Source: an uncultured virus (IMG/VR IMGVR_UViG_3300031951_000036)
Taxonomy: Duplodnaviria > Heunggongvirae > Uroviricota > Caudoviricetes
Direction: 5' to 3' (one strand)
Virus record (IMG/VR): IMGVR_UViG_3300031951_000036
Length of the DNA: 64,000 bases
The stretch's first letter is position 1; every line of letters begins with the position of its first letter. Under the pieces are notes generated by a model. That model saw nothing but the letters and a program-made list of their open reading frames with translations, was not told the origin of the DNA and made no database searches. Made by a program: the position numbers and the translations under genes. This document shows, one piece after another, positions 1 to 9,871 of this stretch.

Positions 1-64
1 CATAGGATATAAAATGCAGAGTAATCTCTACAATAAGAATTTACAAAAAAAACAGCTAGAAAAC

Positions 65-102
65 AAAAAAGGAGACCAAGTTTCCATGATCTCCTTTTTT
101 TA
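65..102. terminator. Intrinsic terminator (bidirectional-type hairpin) after the structural gene at 118-1584
   Basis: AAAAAA-GGAGA...TCTCC-TTTTTTT hairpin flanked by A and T tracts. Confidence 0.6.
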
Positions 103-117
103 TCAGTCAGGTGCTAC

Positions 118-1584
118 TTACACAGGAACACCAAATTCATCAACACACGCCACTGGGTTTCCGGCAGCTGCAAAATAGGCATTCAAGAAATCAATGAAAC
201 TGCCTATAGAAAGGTCAGCGCTGTCAGAAGCAGGGAACACAATTTTGATCAAATATTGATCGCTATCCATAGTTCCGCTTGGGTTGCTGCTACGAGGTAC
301 ATTGTGTAAAATGTGCAATGCCCAGTACTTAGCAGTTCTGCTTATGTCAGTAGTAAGAGTAGTGTTACCCAATACCTCACGTAAACGTGGATCTTGGTTC
401 CATGGCTCTTGTCTGTAGCGCTTGTCAAGGATGTACTCACGTACTACAGTTTCACCGAATCCTTTACCTTGCTTGGCTTGTGCCAATACATAAACACCAC
501 CGTTGCTAATCACCGCGTTTGCAGGATTGGTAATTACTCCACCCTTTCCAAAACATGATGTGTCACAAGGAACGTCAGTCTGCTCTACAACAGATGCATA
601 GATTTCAATTGGCTGATATTCAACATGATCCATAGGAGAAAAAGAGCAATCCTGAAAATCAGTAGCGCTATATGCACCGGTCAATGTCAAAAAGCAGTCA
701 TTTGTAGCAGGAGTCGCATCTGGAGTATATGCTGAAAACGCAGTCGTTACTGGAGAATAAAACGTAACAGGCTCATTATTAAATGATGCTGCATCAGGAG
801 TAACACCAGTATCTGGAAAAGAAATGGTTACCTTACCTGCAGTTTTACTAGTTACTACGGCACCTACAGGAAATCTTGCACCTACAACACGTTGTCCTTC
901 AGCCACAGCCGTTGTGCTGGCCATGTCAAAAGTAGCAGAAATAGCAGTTATGTTTGTTCCAGGAGAAGCGCTGGTTGTAGCAGTTGAGGCAACATTAAAC
1001 ACCGCAGCTTGAACAAACTGATTCAAGATGGGAGATGCATTGATTGCTTCCTTCCATTGCAACAACAAGACCATTGGGTCAACGGGGTTGGTACCGCAAC
1101 AACCGCTATGAGCATCAAGTGTTTGATACAGGTTGTGCGTTAAAAAACGCAAGGCAGGAGAACCTTTTACGTCTACACGTAAACGGTAGGTAGTGTCGCA
1201 CTCAAGAGTTACACAGTCTTTGGCAGGTCTAACCATCAACACATGTTGAGCCGCTTCAGCACTTTTGGTTAAGTAAAAAGCACTTACATACTTTGGGTTG
1301 ATACCTTTAGACTTTACAGTCTCTTTATATCCACCGTGCAAAGAAGAGCCTAATTTATCAGATTGATAAAAGCTTCCCTGTGCCAGGTAAATCATTCTCA
1401 GACCGTTTCCGTACAGATCTACAGCGGGTTCTGCAAGGTCAACGAGTTTGTGATTTTTAGGGTCAACAATACCTACCTGCCCAGGAAGTAAGGTAGTAGT
1501 TGCTTCTGTACCAGTTCCAAGCTTGAATGGAGTGGGACTGTTTGCGACCAACATCTTTTGGTACGCGTGTGGAAAATAAGCCAT
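118..1584 (-). CDS. Virion structural protein of the crAss-like capsid module (possible auxiliary capsid protein)
   Basis: 488 aa ORF; MAYFPHAYQK N-terminus, Thr/Ala-rich; position downstream of MCP in the conserved crAss head block. Confidence 0.55.
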   Translation of the reverse strand: MAYFPHAYQKMLVANSPTPFKLGTGTEATTTLLPGQVGIVDPKNHKLVDLAEPAVDLYGNGLRMIYLAQGSFYQSDKLGSSLHGGYKETVKSKGINPKYVSAFYLTKSAEAAQHVLMVRPAKDCVTLECDTTYRLRVDVKGSPALRFLTHNLYQTLDAHSGCCGTNPVDPMVLLLQWKEAINASPILNQFVQAAVFNVASTATTSASPGTNITAISATFDMASTTAVAEGQRVVGARFPVGAVVTSKTAGKVTISFPDTGVTPDAASFNNEPVTFYSPVTTAFSAYTPDATPATNDCFLTLTGAYSATDFQDCSFSPMDHVEYQPIEIYASVVEQTDVPCDTSCFGKGGVITNPANAVISNGGVYVLAQAKQGKGFGETVVREYILDKRYRQEPWNQDPRLREVLGNTTLTTDISRTAKYWALHILHNVPRSSNPSGTMDSDQYLIKIVFPASDSADLSIGSFIDFLNAYFAAAGNPVACVDEFGVPV

Positions 1585-1613
1585 AGTTTATAAGAATTAA
1601 GGGTTAAAAAAAA

Positions 1614-2051
1614 TCATTGTAAAAAGAGAAGCTTGTACTTGATGGAGTTAATCGTGCTCTTGATGGTGTCAAGGTCATTCACGATCTCACTGAAAGGTAT
1701 TTTGCTTTGCAGATTGTTGACCATGTCTGTCAGCTCTCTTAAATAAGATAATGCATCTGTGACGTCGTTCAAAATTCTGGCAGCTTTTTCTTCACCATAA
1801 TTTAAGATCATCTCGCGCGCACCCTGATACTGTTCTGCCAGTGCATCTGCATGACCAGGTAAAGCATCATAAAGTTCATTAAGTGCATTGTGTGATGCAA
1901 ATGAACCAAGGCCTTGTACACGAAGATGCAACTTGTGGAAAGACGTCCGCGCATTCATCAGTTCAGAAACACATGCCGCAACGCTGTCGCACAGCGGTCC
2001 CTGTCCTGTCGATTCACTTCTGCGTTTAAGTTTGTATATTGGTTGTTCCAT
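1614..2051 (-). CDS. Ferritin/Dps-like four-helix-bundle protein
   Basis: FHKLHL...SFASHNALNELYDAL..HADALAEQYQG resembles Dps ferroxidase ligand spacing. Confidence 0.65.
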   Translation of the reverse strand: MEQPIYKLKRRSESTGQGPLCDSVAACVSELMNARTSFHKLHLRVQGLGSFASHNALNELYDALPGHADALAEQYQGAREMILNYGEEKAARILNDVTDALSYLRELTDMVNNLQSKIPFSEIVNDLDTIKSTINSIKYKLLFLQ

Positions 2052-2752
2052 TAGTTATTCTGTGTTGCGTTGGTTTTGTTACGCTGATACTGCAGTACGC
2101 TTTCAATGTCGCCAGCCAGTATAGAAACGGCCTCATCAACAATCAATTCAGCTACATCATCTTTAAGTTCACACTCCACATCTTGTGTACTGGCCACGCC
2201 TGTAGCAAGATTCACACAGCCTGTAAACTCTACATTCACTGGATTGCGATAATAAGTCAGCTTAGGTTCAGCGACTTGGAACTTACCATCATGATAAATC
2301 CTCACCCTGTTGTCTATAAGCGTGCAGAAAGTTTCACCCCACTCTGCGCTTGGACTTCTCAGCTGGTCAAACAGCAGGTTGGTCACGTCAGCTACCGGAG
2401 CCAGGTATACTACCAGCCTGCGGTCAGGACAGCAATCTGTTTTGGCAGATGCTCCCACGCTTTTATAAAACAGGTAATTGTCTGGCAAATCGCCACTCTG
2501 AAAATAAACTTCCCCATGAGTGCCTGTAAGCGATGTTTCCGTCAACAGACATTGCAAATCATCAATCAGTACTTTAGAGCTCTCATCCCCTTCTTTGGTC
2601 TGGTTCACTCCATGTACCTGGCGTCTGACAAACTCAAGTTGTGCTTTATTGAACGCTTCCGCGATCTGCCAGCACTCAATGTTGTCATAATCCATAGAAG
2701 ACAGTTTGTTCAACCGCTGCTTGATTTTGATCTGTAACTGTATGTTATTCAT
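2051..2752 (-). CDS. Putative head-tail ring / tail tubular protein
   Basis: 233 aa; AFNKAQLEF and ELIVDEAVSILAGDIE motifs typical of crAss ring proteins; synteny. Confidence 0.55.
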   Translation of the reverse strand: MNNIQLQIKIKQRLNKLSSMDYDNIECWQIAEAFNKAQLEFVRRQVHGVNQTKEGDESSKVLIDDLQCLLTETSLTGTHGEVYFQSGDLPDNYLFYKSVGASAKTDCCPDRRLVVYLAPVADVTNLLFDQLRSPSAEWGETFCTLIDNRVRIYHDGKFQVAEPKLTYYRNPVNVEFTGCVNLATGVASTQDVECELKDDVAELIVDEAVSILAGDIESVLQYQRNKTNATQNN

Positions 2753-2818
2753 ATTGTCTGGTATCCAGAAGGCAGGGCCCGGTGTTACCCTGAGCCCAAA
2801 CCTTGAGGATGGTGTATG

Positions 2819-3832
2819 TTATGCGTTCCACATTTTTTCTACGTTCTTGGTAATGTCCGCCAAGATGTCCTCATTCAGAGGGTTCTTTAGGTACTCTACC
2901 ACGTCTGATGGGTTTTTACCCACCATGGTCGCGCTCTTCATGTGATAGATAAATCCATCACCACGTGTTGCAATAAACTTGTACAGGTTGGCGTCTTTCA
3001 CCATAGCGCGGATCTTGAGCGTTTCCATGTCCAGTGCAATCACATCCAGGAATCGCTGCGCTGTTTTGCGCTTGTCCTTATCCACTGACTCACCGTTAAT
3101 GTACTTATCCATATTGTCATACAGGATGTCAATAGGTGTAGTCTTACGGTACTGGGTGGAGTTAGGATCCACGATTTTGCACACGTAGAACAATTTGTTC
3201 TGGTTCTTGTCAAAGAGCTTTTGCAATTCAGCCAAGGCCTTGTTGCGTAATTTTTTAACTTCAGTTCTGATGGAAGCTGTTTCTTCAAACTTATCCAGGT
3301 AAAACTTAGCGCCTGGGGTTCTGCGTGCATCTTCCAGCGAGCCCGCAATGAGTGAGAATCCTCCTGCCTCAATAGCCTTCATCTTGATGAGGTCATAAGG
3401 GTCTTTGGCCGGATCCAAGAACACAGGGTCATTTCCCATGCGGATAACTACCTTTTCCCAGAAATCTGCATTATCTGGTCTAAGCAGCTTCACCTTGTTC
3501 CAGAACTCAGGATCCTTGGGGTCAACGATGTTAGACGCCAGTTCTTTTTCCAACTGGGATACGGTGATGCGGATCTGGTTAATCTGCGCTTCACGCTCAT
3601 CGTCTTCCAGGTCTTTGAGCTCAGGAGCGAACTCATTGAGTCCTGTCACATAACGGCTAATGCCGTTGTTGGTCAGACAGACCAAGGGTTCTTCGTGAAA
3701 ACAGTTTTCAAACAACGCCATGTTGTAGCGTTGCAGACCCATGTTGTCTGCTGTCGTGTCCACATAAGGTCGGATGCTCACTTGCGCACCCTTCTTTAAT
3801 GAGTTGTGTTTCTCAATCAAAGTAACTTCCAT
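2819..3832 (-). CDS. Conserved crAss-like protein downstream of MCP
   Basis: ORF-track frame 2819..3901; ATG at 3832 (MEVTLIEKH) preceded by an A/C-rich leader is the more likely start. Confidence 0.6.
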   Translation of the reverse strand: MEVTLIEKHNSLKKGAQVSIRPYVDTTADNMGLQRYNMALFENCFHEEPLVCLTNNGISRYVTGLNEFAPELKDLEDDEREAQINQIRITVSQLEKELASNIVDPKDPEFWNKVKLLRPDNADFWEKVVIRMGNDPVFLDPAKDPYDLIKMKAIEAGGFSLIAGSLEDARRTPGAKFYLDKFEETASIRTEVKKLRNKALAELQKLFDKNQNKLFYVCKIVDPNSTQYRKTTPIDILYDNMDKYINGESVDKDKRKTAQRFLDVIALDMETLKIRAMVKDANLYKFIATRGDGFIYHMKSATMVGKNPSDVVEYLKNPLNEDILADITKNVEKMWNA

Positions 3833-3989
3833 AAGGTTTTTAAGTTGGTTTGTTTTTCTTCTGCAACATTGGTCAGCTTTCGCTTTAAGCTCCTGAACCA
3901 CGTCACGGTTGTTGCTTCTCAGGAGTACCCGGCTTTCGCCAGGCTAGGGGCCGTACATTACTCATGTACGGGTGGGAGGTGGATCACAA

Positions 3990-4037
3990 GAAAACCTGCA
4001 AATACCAGGAGGATTTTAATGCCCTCCTGGTTTGCAG
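3990..4037 (-). terminator. Hairpin terminator after MCP
   Basis: Minus strand CTGCAAA-CCAGGAGG...CCTCCTGG-TATTTGCAG followed by GTTTTCTT. Confidence 0.55.
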
Positions 4038-4054
4038 TATTACCTTCAAGGTTC

Positions 4055-5713
4055 TTAGAATGAACCTCCAGTGATGGGGTTGCGCATCACGATCTTGAGA
4101 ACTTTGGTTGGGTCCTTAACCCAGATAGAAGGCATCATCTGAGTCATGAATACACGGTAACCGTTGAAGTTACCTACAGAGGCAAACCCTTGAGAGCGAC
4201 CCATGTAGTCCATAGTACCGTTTTGATAGAACCACTTCAGTTCGCTGTCCCACTTCAACTTCAACAAGAAGATGTTGTCGTTGGTGTTGTCAGTGATGTC
4301 AAACACGATGAAGTTGTAAGATGACAATGGGTAACCATCGATGATGGGGTTCTCAATGTCATTGGTGTGTACGTTGTCAAATGCAGGATTCAACACAAAC
4401 TTCACATTCGCCAAGAATGGGATTGTGTAGCTGGTGAACGCAAATCCAAAGTTCAAGTCCATAGCGTTGTTACCAGAGATCGCTCCGATACCAGCTTTAG
4501 ACATGTCAGTGAACAATGCGTTAGTCTGAGAAGACGTGGCACCTGCGATGTTAAAGGCCTCTTTCTTGATCGCCTCGTTCACCATGCGCATACCGGCCAT
4601 ACCAGTTTGTACAATGATCTGACGAGAAGGATCTGGTCCTTTAAATTCAACCTTACCATTGTAGAAGTTGAAGATCTCAGAGCGGAACAATTCCAAGTTG
4701 AAACCATTCTTGTTGTAGATACGCTTGAACGAGTTGTCCAATTGATCCCACAAACCTACTGACAAGCGAATGTCATCTGGTCCGTCTTGCTTGATTCTAC
4801 CGCCCTTACCCCACATCAGGTAAGTCTCGATGTCGTTAGCCACTTTGCTTAAGTGAGCAGATTCCATCTTGGTAACGAATGTTCTGGTCAAAGAACCATT
4901 GTCATACGCCTTCTTGATGTAGTCTTTACCCAACTTAGATACCATAGCGTCGATGTTGGTCAACGATGGATCGTTTGCGATGTTTGCGTCAAATGAGCGC
5001 CAGATTTCAGTTACAGGAACTGTACCGTCAGCGTTCATACCGCCTTTCATCATCATCTCTGCGCGGCTGGATACAGAGTAGTGTACGTGAGCTTCAGCAC
5101 CTCCAACAAAGTTGTAGTACTCGCGGAAGCCAGCGTTCAATTCTCCGATGTCAGAGAACTTCTCACCGTACTCACCACGTGCAGAACCTTTGCGGAAGAA
5201 CTTAGTGCCAGGCTTTAAATACTTGGCAGTCTCTAAAGTTGCTGTGTTGTTGTTGTTTACCAACTGTACGGTGTAGATGAAACCGTCTCCTGCAGGAAGG
5301 ATGTCATCAGCAGTGATGTACATCTCCAAGCCTTTGTACTTGTCATAAGTGACGATGTCACCGTGACCGAACGCACGCTTGTTCAACTTAATTTTGAAGG
5401 TAGTACCATCAGCACCTACGTTGCCAGACTCTACGTTCTCGACTACATAAGGAAGGTCCTGTACAACAGGAGTCTGCCACTTGTACTCTCCACGAGCGTT
5501 GTCAACTAAGATGGTGTTTTTACCACCGAACGATGCCATCTGATACAGAGGCATCTCTACCTTTTGGGTCATGGCCCACAAATCAACTGGACCTAAATCC
5601 ATAGGTTCAGAGTTTTTGAGCATGTTCACCAAATGGTAGCTGTCCACGTGAGAACTAACCTTGTAGTTAGTGTCTCTGAGGAACAAACCATTGTTTAAAA
5701 CTGGTGTTGCCAT
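4055..5713 (-). CDS. Major capsid protein (crAss-like)
   Basis: 552 aa; strongly biased codon use; YLMWGKGG and C-terminal IWVKDPTKVLKIVMRNP; order portal - acidic protein - MCP. Confidence 0.85.
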   Translation of the reverse strand: MATPVLNNGLFLRDTNYKVSSHVDSYHLVNMLKNSEPMDLGPVDLWAMTQKVEMPLYQMASFGGKNTILVDNARGEYKWQTPVVQDLPYVVENVESGNVGADGTTFKIKLNKRAFGHGDIVTYDKYKGLEMYITADDILPAGDGFIYTVQLVNNNNTATLETAKYLKPGTKFFRKGSARGEYGEKFSDIGELNAGFREYYNFVGGAEAHVHYSVSSRAEMMMKGGMNADGTVPVTEIWRSFDANIANDPSLTNIDAMVSKLGKDYIKKAYDNGSLTRTFVTKMESAHLSKVANDIETYLMWGKGGRIKQDGPDDIRLSVGLWDQLDNSFKRIYNKNGFNLELFRSEIFNFYNGKVEFKGPDPSRQIIVQTGMAGMRMVNEAIKKEAFNIAGATSSQTNALFTDMSKAGIGAISGNNAMDLNFGFAFTSYTIPFLANVKFVLNPAFDNVHTNDIENPIIDGYPLSSYNFIVFDITDNTNDNIFLLKLKWDSELKWFYQNGTMDYMGRSQGFASVGNFNGYRVFMTQMMPSIWVKDPTKVLKIVMRNPITGGSF

Positions 5714-5754
5714 AGTTAGGGTTAAGGATTAATTGTTAATAAGGGTTAATTGTG

Positions 5755-7011
5755 TTATCGTTTAAAGATGTTGGCAGGTTGGCGGGGGATTCTGCGGGTC
5801 TGTGACTTTGACGGAGCGTCATCATCATCGTCTCTCACAGAAGAGCTCAGCTTGCGGGCTTCCTCCGTTTTCAACTTGCGGGCTGTGTCTTGCACCACCT
5901 CATTCTTTGCCTGGCGACGGATGTTCTCTTTGTAGTCATCTGGATCACTCAGCAACCATAAGGTTTCTGCAATCAGGTCATAGCGGGGTTCTTTGCCAAA
6001 CTGGTAGTCTTCCAACAGTCTTCCCAACAGGTTTGTAGGACGTCCTGTCATGGACTCATACTTTACCGTGGTCAGCTCATCCCATAAGAATTTCTGGCGT
6101 TTGCCGTCAATCTTCACCCCGTTCAGTTCACCTGGTTTCAGGGTATGGTAGATGTTGGACATATAGGCCTCTTTCTGGGCGGCTTGCTGTTGGCGGAAAG
6201 CTTCTTGTTGCTGAAGCTTGGATTGTACGATCTCTTCCTGCTTCTGGTCCAACTTGGGTTTGAACTGCTGAGCTTTTTTACTCAGTGTTCCTGCATCGGC
6301 CCACTCAGCAATCTGATCTTCTAACAGCTCCTGGTCTCCGTTGCCAAAATTGGTAGCCTGCAGGTACTGGCGGACAATCAATTCCTGGTGATCAGGATTG
6401 GTGGCATCCAGTGAACGCACTTCCTCTACCGAAGCCAATGCTCTGAACAAACCTCTCATGTCTGTTCCGCCTTTGGCCACATACTCCGCTGCGTACTGCA
6501 GCTCGTGTGGTAATGATTCAAAGAACTCTTTGGGAGTTTGTTCGCGTATTGCGCGCTCGCGCTCCTCTATGTTGGCCTGGATTAACTCTTTCCAATCTTT
6601 CATGGAGTAGTCTTCCAGGGCTTTGTCCTCTTCAAAGGGCATGATCAAACCTTCTTCAATCAACTTGTTAAAGGTTTCTACCATTCCGCTCTTGTCAATC
6701 TTCTTGCGACCAGGCTTCTTGGTATCGTCATCATCTCCTTCTTCCAGTTCCTCATCCAAGGCAGCCAGTGTTTTCTGAACATCTTCAGGACTGGTCTTCT
6801 TGGTTCCATCACCACTGTCATCATTTCCGTCGTCATCGCTGTCAAGGAAACTCAGGTCTGCGGCTTTGGCTTTGCTTGTGAACATGTTGGGTTTGGAATC
6901 ATCATCCCCATCTGATGTCACAATGCTATCAGCACCGGGCATTGGCAAAAAGTCATCAATGCTGTCGATAGTTACACTATCTGTGCTGGTGTTTTCTCCG
7001 GGTTTGCTCAT
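5755..7011 (-). CDS. Acidic coiled-coil protein between portal and MCP (putative scaffold)
   Basis: 418 aa, D/E-rich N-terminus, Q-rich coiled coil; synteny. Confidence 0.6.
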   Translation of the reverse strand: MSKPGENTSTDSVTIDSIDDFLPMPGADSIVTSDGDDDSKPNMFTSKAKAADLSFLDSDDDGNDDSGDGTKKTSPEDVQKTLAALDEELEEGDDDDTKKPGRKKIDKSGMVETFNKLIEEGLIMPFEEDKALEDYSMKDWKELIQANIEERERAIREQTPKEFFESLPHELQYAAEYVAKGGTDMRGLFRALASVEEVRSLDATNPDHQELIVRQYLQATNFGNGDQELLEDQIAEWADAGTLSKKAQQFKPKLDQKQEEIVQSKLQQQEAFRQQQAAQKEAYMSNIYHTLKPGELNGVKIDGKRQKFLWDELTTVKYESMTGRPTNLLGRLLEDYQFGKEPRYDLIAETLWLLSDPDDYKENIRRQAKNEVVQDTARKLKTEEARKLSSSVRDDDDDAPSKSQTRRIPRQPANIFKR

Positions 7012-7089
7012 AATTGGTTTATGTTGGTTAGCTCTTCATATATAATCTACAAGAATAAACCTGTAGAATTTACATCTACAAGAGGTAAG

Positions 7090-7116
7090 CTCTACAAATA
7101 GCGCACTATATCGCTA
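7090..7116 (-). promoter_or_regulatory. 27-bp conserved regulatory box, copy 1
   Basis: TAGCGATATAGTGCGCTATTTGTAGAG (minus), 24/27 identical to 44558-44584. Confidence 0.65.
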
Positions 7117-7120
7117 CGCC

Positions 7121-9850
7121 TTACTCCTTGTCGTATTTGTTTTTGTTGGTCTGGGCTACCTGAACCTGCTTATCAGCAATGCGCTCGCGGGATGCAAGCT
7201 CCTGGCGTTTGAGATCCAGTTTCTGTTGTTCAGTAGCCTGGCGGTTAATTTCCTTATCGCGGTTAAGCTGTTGGGCAGCTTGCTGGGCGTTCTTTTTATC
7301 GAGGTACTCCAGTGTCTTTACATAGTCAGACTCGCCATCTTTGTCAGCATCCATCATAGCGGTGTAACCCGCAGAACGAATCTCTGCCACACGGATGTCT
7401 TTCTCACGGTCTAAAGCCCTTTCTTCAGCCTGTGCTTTCAGCAATGCTTCCTGGCGCTCAGATTCTGCCTGCTGCTTCATTTGCTCAGTTTGCTGCATTG
7501 CCTCCAGTTCTTGTTGCTTAGCTTTATTGGTCTTGTCCTCAATACCCTTCATGGTATGGGTGATCTCAGCCAGTGAGTCTGCCTTGAGGATATTACCCAG
7601 GTCATAGATAGAGGCACCCGCAGTATTGTTGCTTAGCGCCAGCTGACGGATTTGCTCCATTAACATGCGCTGGTTTACCTTGGTAGAAGCAAACACATTC
7701 AGGTCACGACTTAGTAGTTCTGTACCATTCATCTCAAAGTTCACCTTCTCATCCATAGAGGTTACATACTGCAGGCGCAGGGATGGACGGGTAGAATGAT
7801 AGTATTGTGCCAGGTCTGTACGCATCTGGTGTACGCGTGGCATCAGGTATTCTGAGTGCTGGATAAAGTACATTTCAGTTTGAGAGTACGAGGCGTTCAT
7901 AGCCTGCTGTACTCCGGTAGCGGTTTCCTGGGCAATGACTTGTCCCATGCGCTGTGGGTTGATACCAATGGATTCAAATGCCTGACCTTTAAAGTAGTTG
8001 GCCAATTGGATTCTTGACATTAAACGCTGGGTCTGTTCCAGGTTCAGTACCTGGTAGTGCTGGAAGTTCAGCGCGTTCTCCGTGTTGGTAATTGATGTAT
8101 CCAAGGGTAGCATCTGGAAGTTCTTCATGGCCACGTAAGCTTTACCAAACTGGTCATGTCCCCAATCTTCACCCATAGAGTGTTTGGGAAGCGCGTTCTG
8201 GTCCAGCATGATCACTGTGCCTAGTTCATCCACCAGGATGTCTGCAATCTGGTTATTCACCAGGTTATAGCCAATCTGGTAGGGCTTCATCTTGTCTACC
8301 AAAGATGAGCTCTTGGTGTTGCGGTCTGAGAAGACAGATCCTTCAACAGGAAGTTTACACCCATATAAAGTAAAGTCACCCTTGAATTGGAAACGCAGGG
8401 GCTTTACATTCAGGTATAATGGCTGAAAACCGTTGGCGTCTACGTTACCATAGAAGCTAGGACGGTTTGGTCCAATCTTTACTCCACCCCATACTTCATT
8501 GATCCATATCCAGTCAATATGCTCACCGGCAATCAACGTCTCACGATTTTTGTCCCTCATCACAGAAGTATCGTATATGGGCTTTTCAGTGATGCGGTAG
8601 TTCTCATCTACAATCATGTCAATGAGAATACCATCTGAATTAATCTTGGAGAGATGCCCTACCATGCGCTGGCTTTTCCAGTAGCAGGTAGTTACACGCA
8701 ATAAGTTCATGTTGGACAAATCAGACAAGTCCTCTGACTCGTTCAGAATGCGGAACAGGATGTCATCCCCGGTAGACACAAATGTGTCGCGGGCACTCAG
8801 GAACTGGCGCATGCCCAGAGAAGGACCTTGCGTATTCCACTCATAGGAACGGGTAGCGTCGTAGAAACTACCGTCGTTCTGCACACCAGGCAACAGGTAA
8901 CCGGCTGCTTTGGTAGGATAGATGGCTTCTAAAGTTTGCAGTTGTTCTGCATCCATCATCCAGCCGTATTTGTCTACAATGTCTGACAGCGTCATCAGGT
9001 CTAAACGACCTACCCAGTTAGACTGGGAGATGTAACGCGCCTCAGGGCTTTTGTGATAAAAGGTCAATACAGGGTTCCACAGCTCAATGTCAAAATCATC
9101 CTCATTCATCTTGAAGTGCCAGAACTCACGGTCAGTGATCAACATGTCTTTGAAGGCCATGTTTTCCAGTTCTTTCATGTAGAAACGCTCAGTGTCTACG
9201 TTGTGCTGGTGGGTAGCCCACTCCTCTACCAGGGAGCGGTAATCTTTTTTGAAGAATGCTTCAATCTCTGGTAAGCTTTTCAAGCTCTCCGGGCTCATCA
9301 TTTGCTGAGCTTGCTGTGCCTGCTCCTCGTTATTCAGGTCAAGACCCATGGACTGAATGGTCTCCTGCATTTTCTTTTCTGCATCTGCCAGCAGGGTTTG
9401 CTCCAGCATCAGACGCTTGGCCTCCAACATCTCGTTGAAGCTGTTGTCATCCACCGCGCGATAGGTGATGCGGTCGTTGCGCTTGGCAAACTCGCCCACC
9501 ATCACGTTGATGACATTGGGTATAATGGGAAAGAACTTAAGCTCAAATGCAGAAGCATCTTCTTTGGTGAGCACGTCAATCAAGTCTGCCACCTCATTGT
9601 CTTCCTCTACGATATAGTCCGTCTTGTCTATGATACCGTTGGCCAGCTTGTAGTTTTTCATCAAGCGACGCGCATTGCGACGGATCTGCTTGAGCCCTTG
9701 CATCTCCAACCAGTCCATGTTCCATGCACCCCATGATTCGTCTTTTTCCTTGCGCAGTAAAAACTGCACAGGCTGGGTGATGGTGCCCATGCGGTGGTAA
9801 TCCGCTCTGGCTCCGTTCTTTAGTTGTAAGGCGTTGTAAATTTTAGGCAT
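7121..9850 (-). CDS. Portal protein
   Basis: 909 aa; FFPIIPNVINVMVGEFAKR and WINEVWGGVKIG motifs; follows terminase; C-terminal coiled coil. Confidence 0.85.
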   Translation of the reverse strand: MPKIYNALQLKNGARADYHRMGTITQPVQFLLRKEKDESWGAWNMDWLEMQGLKQIRRNARRLMKNYKLANGIIDKTDYIVEEDNEVADLIDVLTKEDASAFELKFFPIIPNVINVMVGEFAKRNDRITYRAVDDNSFNEMLEAKRLMLEQTLLADAEKKMQETIQSMGLDLNNEEQAQQAQQMMSPESLKSLPEIEAFFKKDYRSLVEEWATHQHNVDTERFYMKELENMAFKDMLITDREFWHFKMNEDDFDIELWNPVLTFYHKSPEARYISQSNWVGRLDLMTLSDIVDKYGWMMDAEQLQTLEAIYPTKAAGYLLPGVQNDGSFYDATRSYEWNTQGPSLGMRQFLSARDTFVSTGDDILFRILNESEDLSDLSNMNLLRVTTCYWKSQRMVGHLSKINSDGILIDMIVDENYRITEKPIYDTSVMRDKNRETLIAGEHIDWIWINEVWGGVKIGPNRPSFYGNVDANGFQPLYLNVKPLRFQFKGDFTLYGCKLPVEGSVFSDRNTKSSSLVDKMKPYQIGYNLVNNQIADILVDELGTVIMLDQNALPKHSMGEDWGHDQFGKAYVAMKNFQMLPLDTSITNTENALNFQHYQVLNLEQTQRLMSRIQLANYFKGQAFESIGINPQRMGQVIAQETATGVQQAMNASYSQTEMYFIQHSEYLMPRVHQMRTDLAQYYHSTRPSLRLQYVTSMDEKVNFEMNGTELLSRDLNVFASTKVNQRMLMEQIRQLALSNNTAGASIYDLGNILKADSLAEITHTMKGIEDKTNKAKQQELEAMQQTEQMKQQAESERQEALLKAQAEERALDREKDIRVAEIRSAGYTAMMDADKDGESDYVKTLEYLDKKNAQQAAQQLNRDKEINRQATEQQKLDLKRQELASRERIADKQVQVAQTNKNKYDKE

Positions 9851-9871
9851 GGTGTTTTCTATAGGTCAGGA

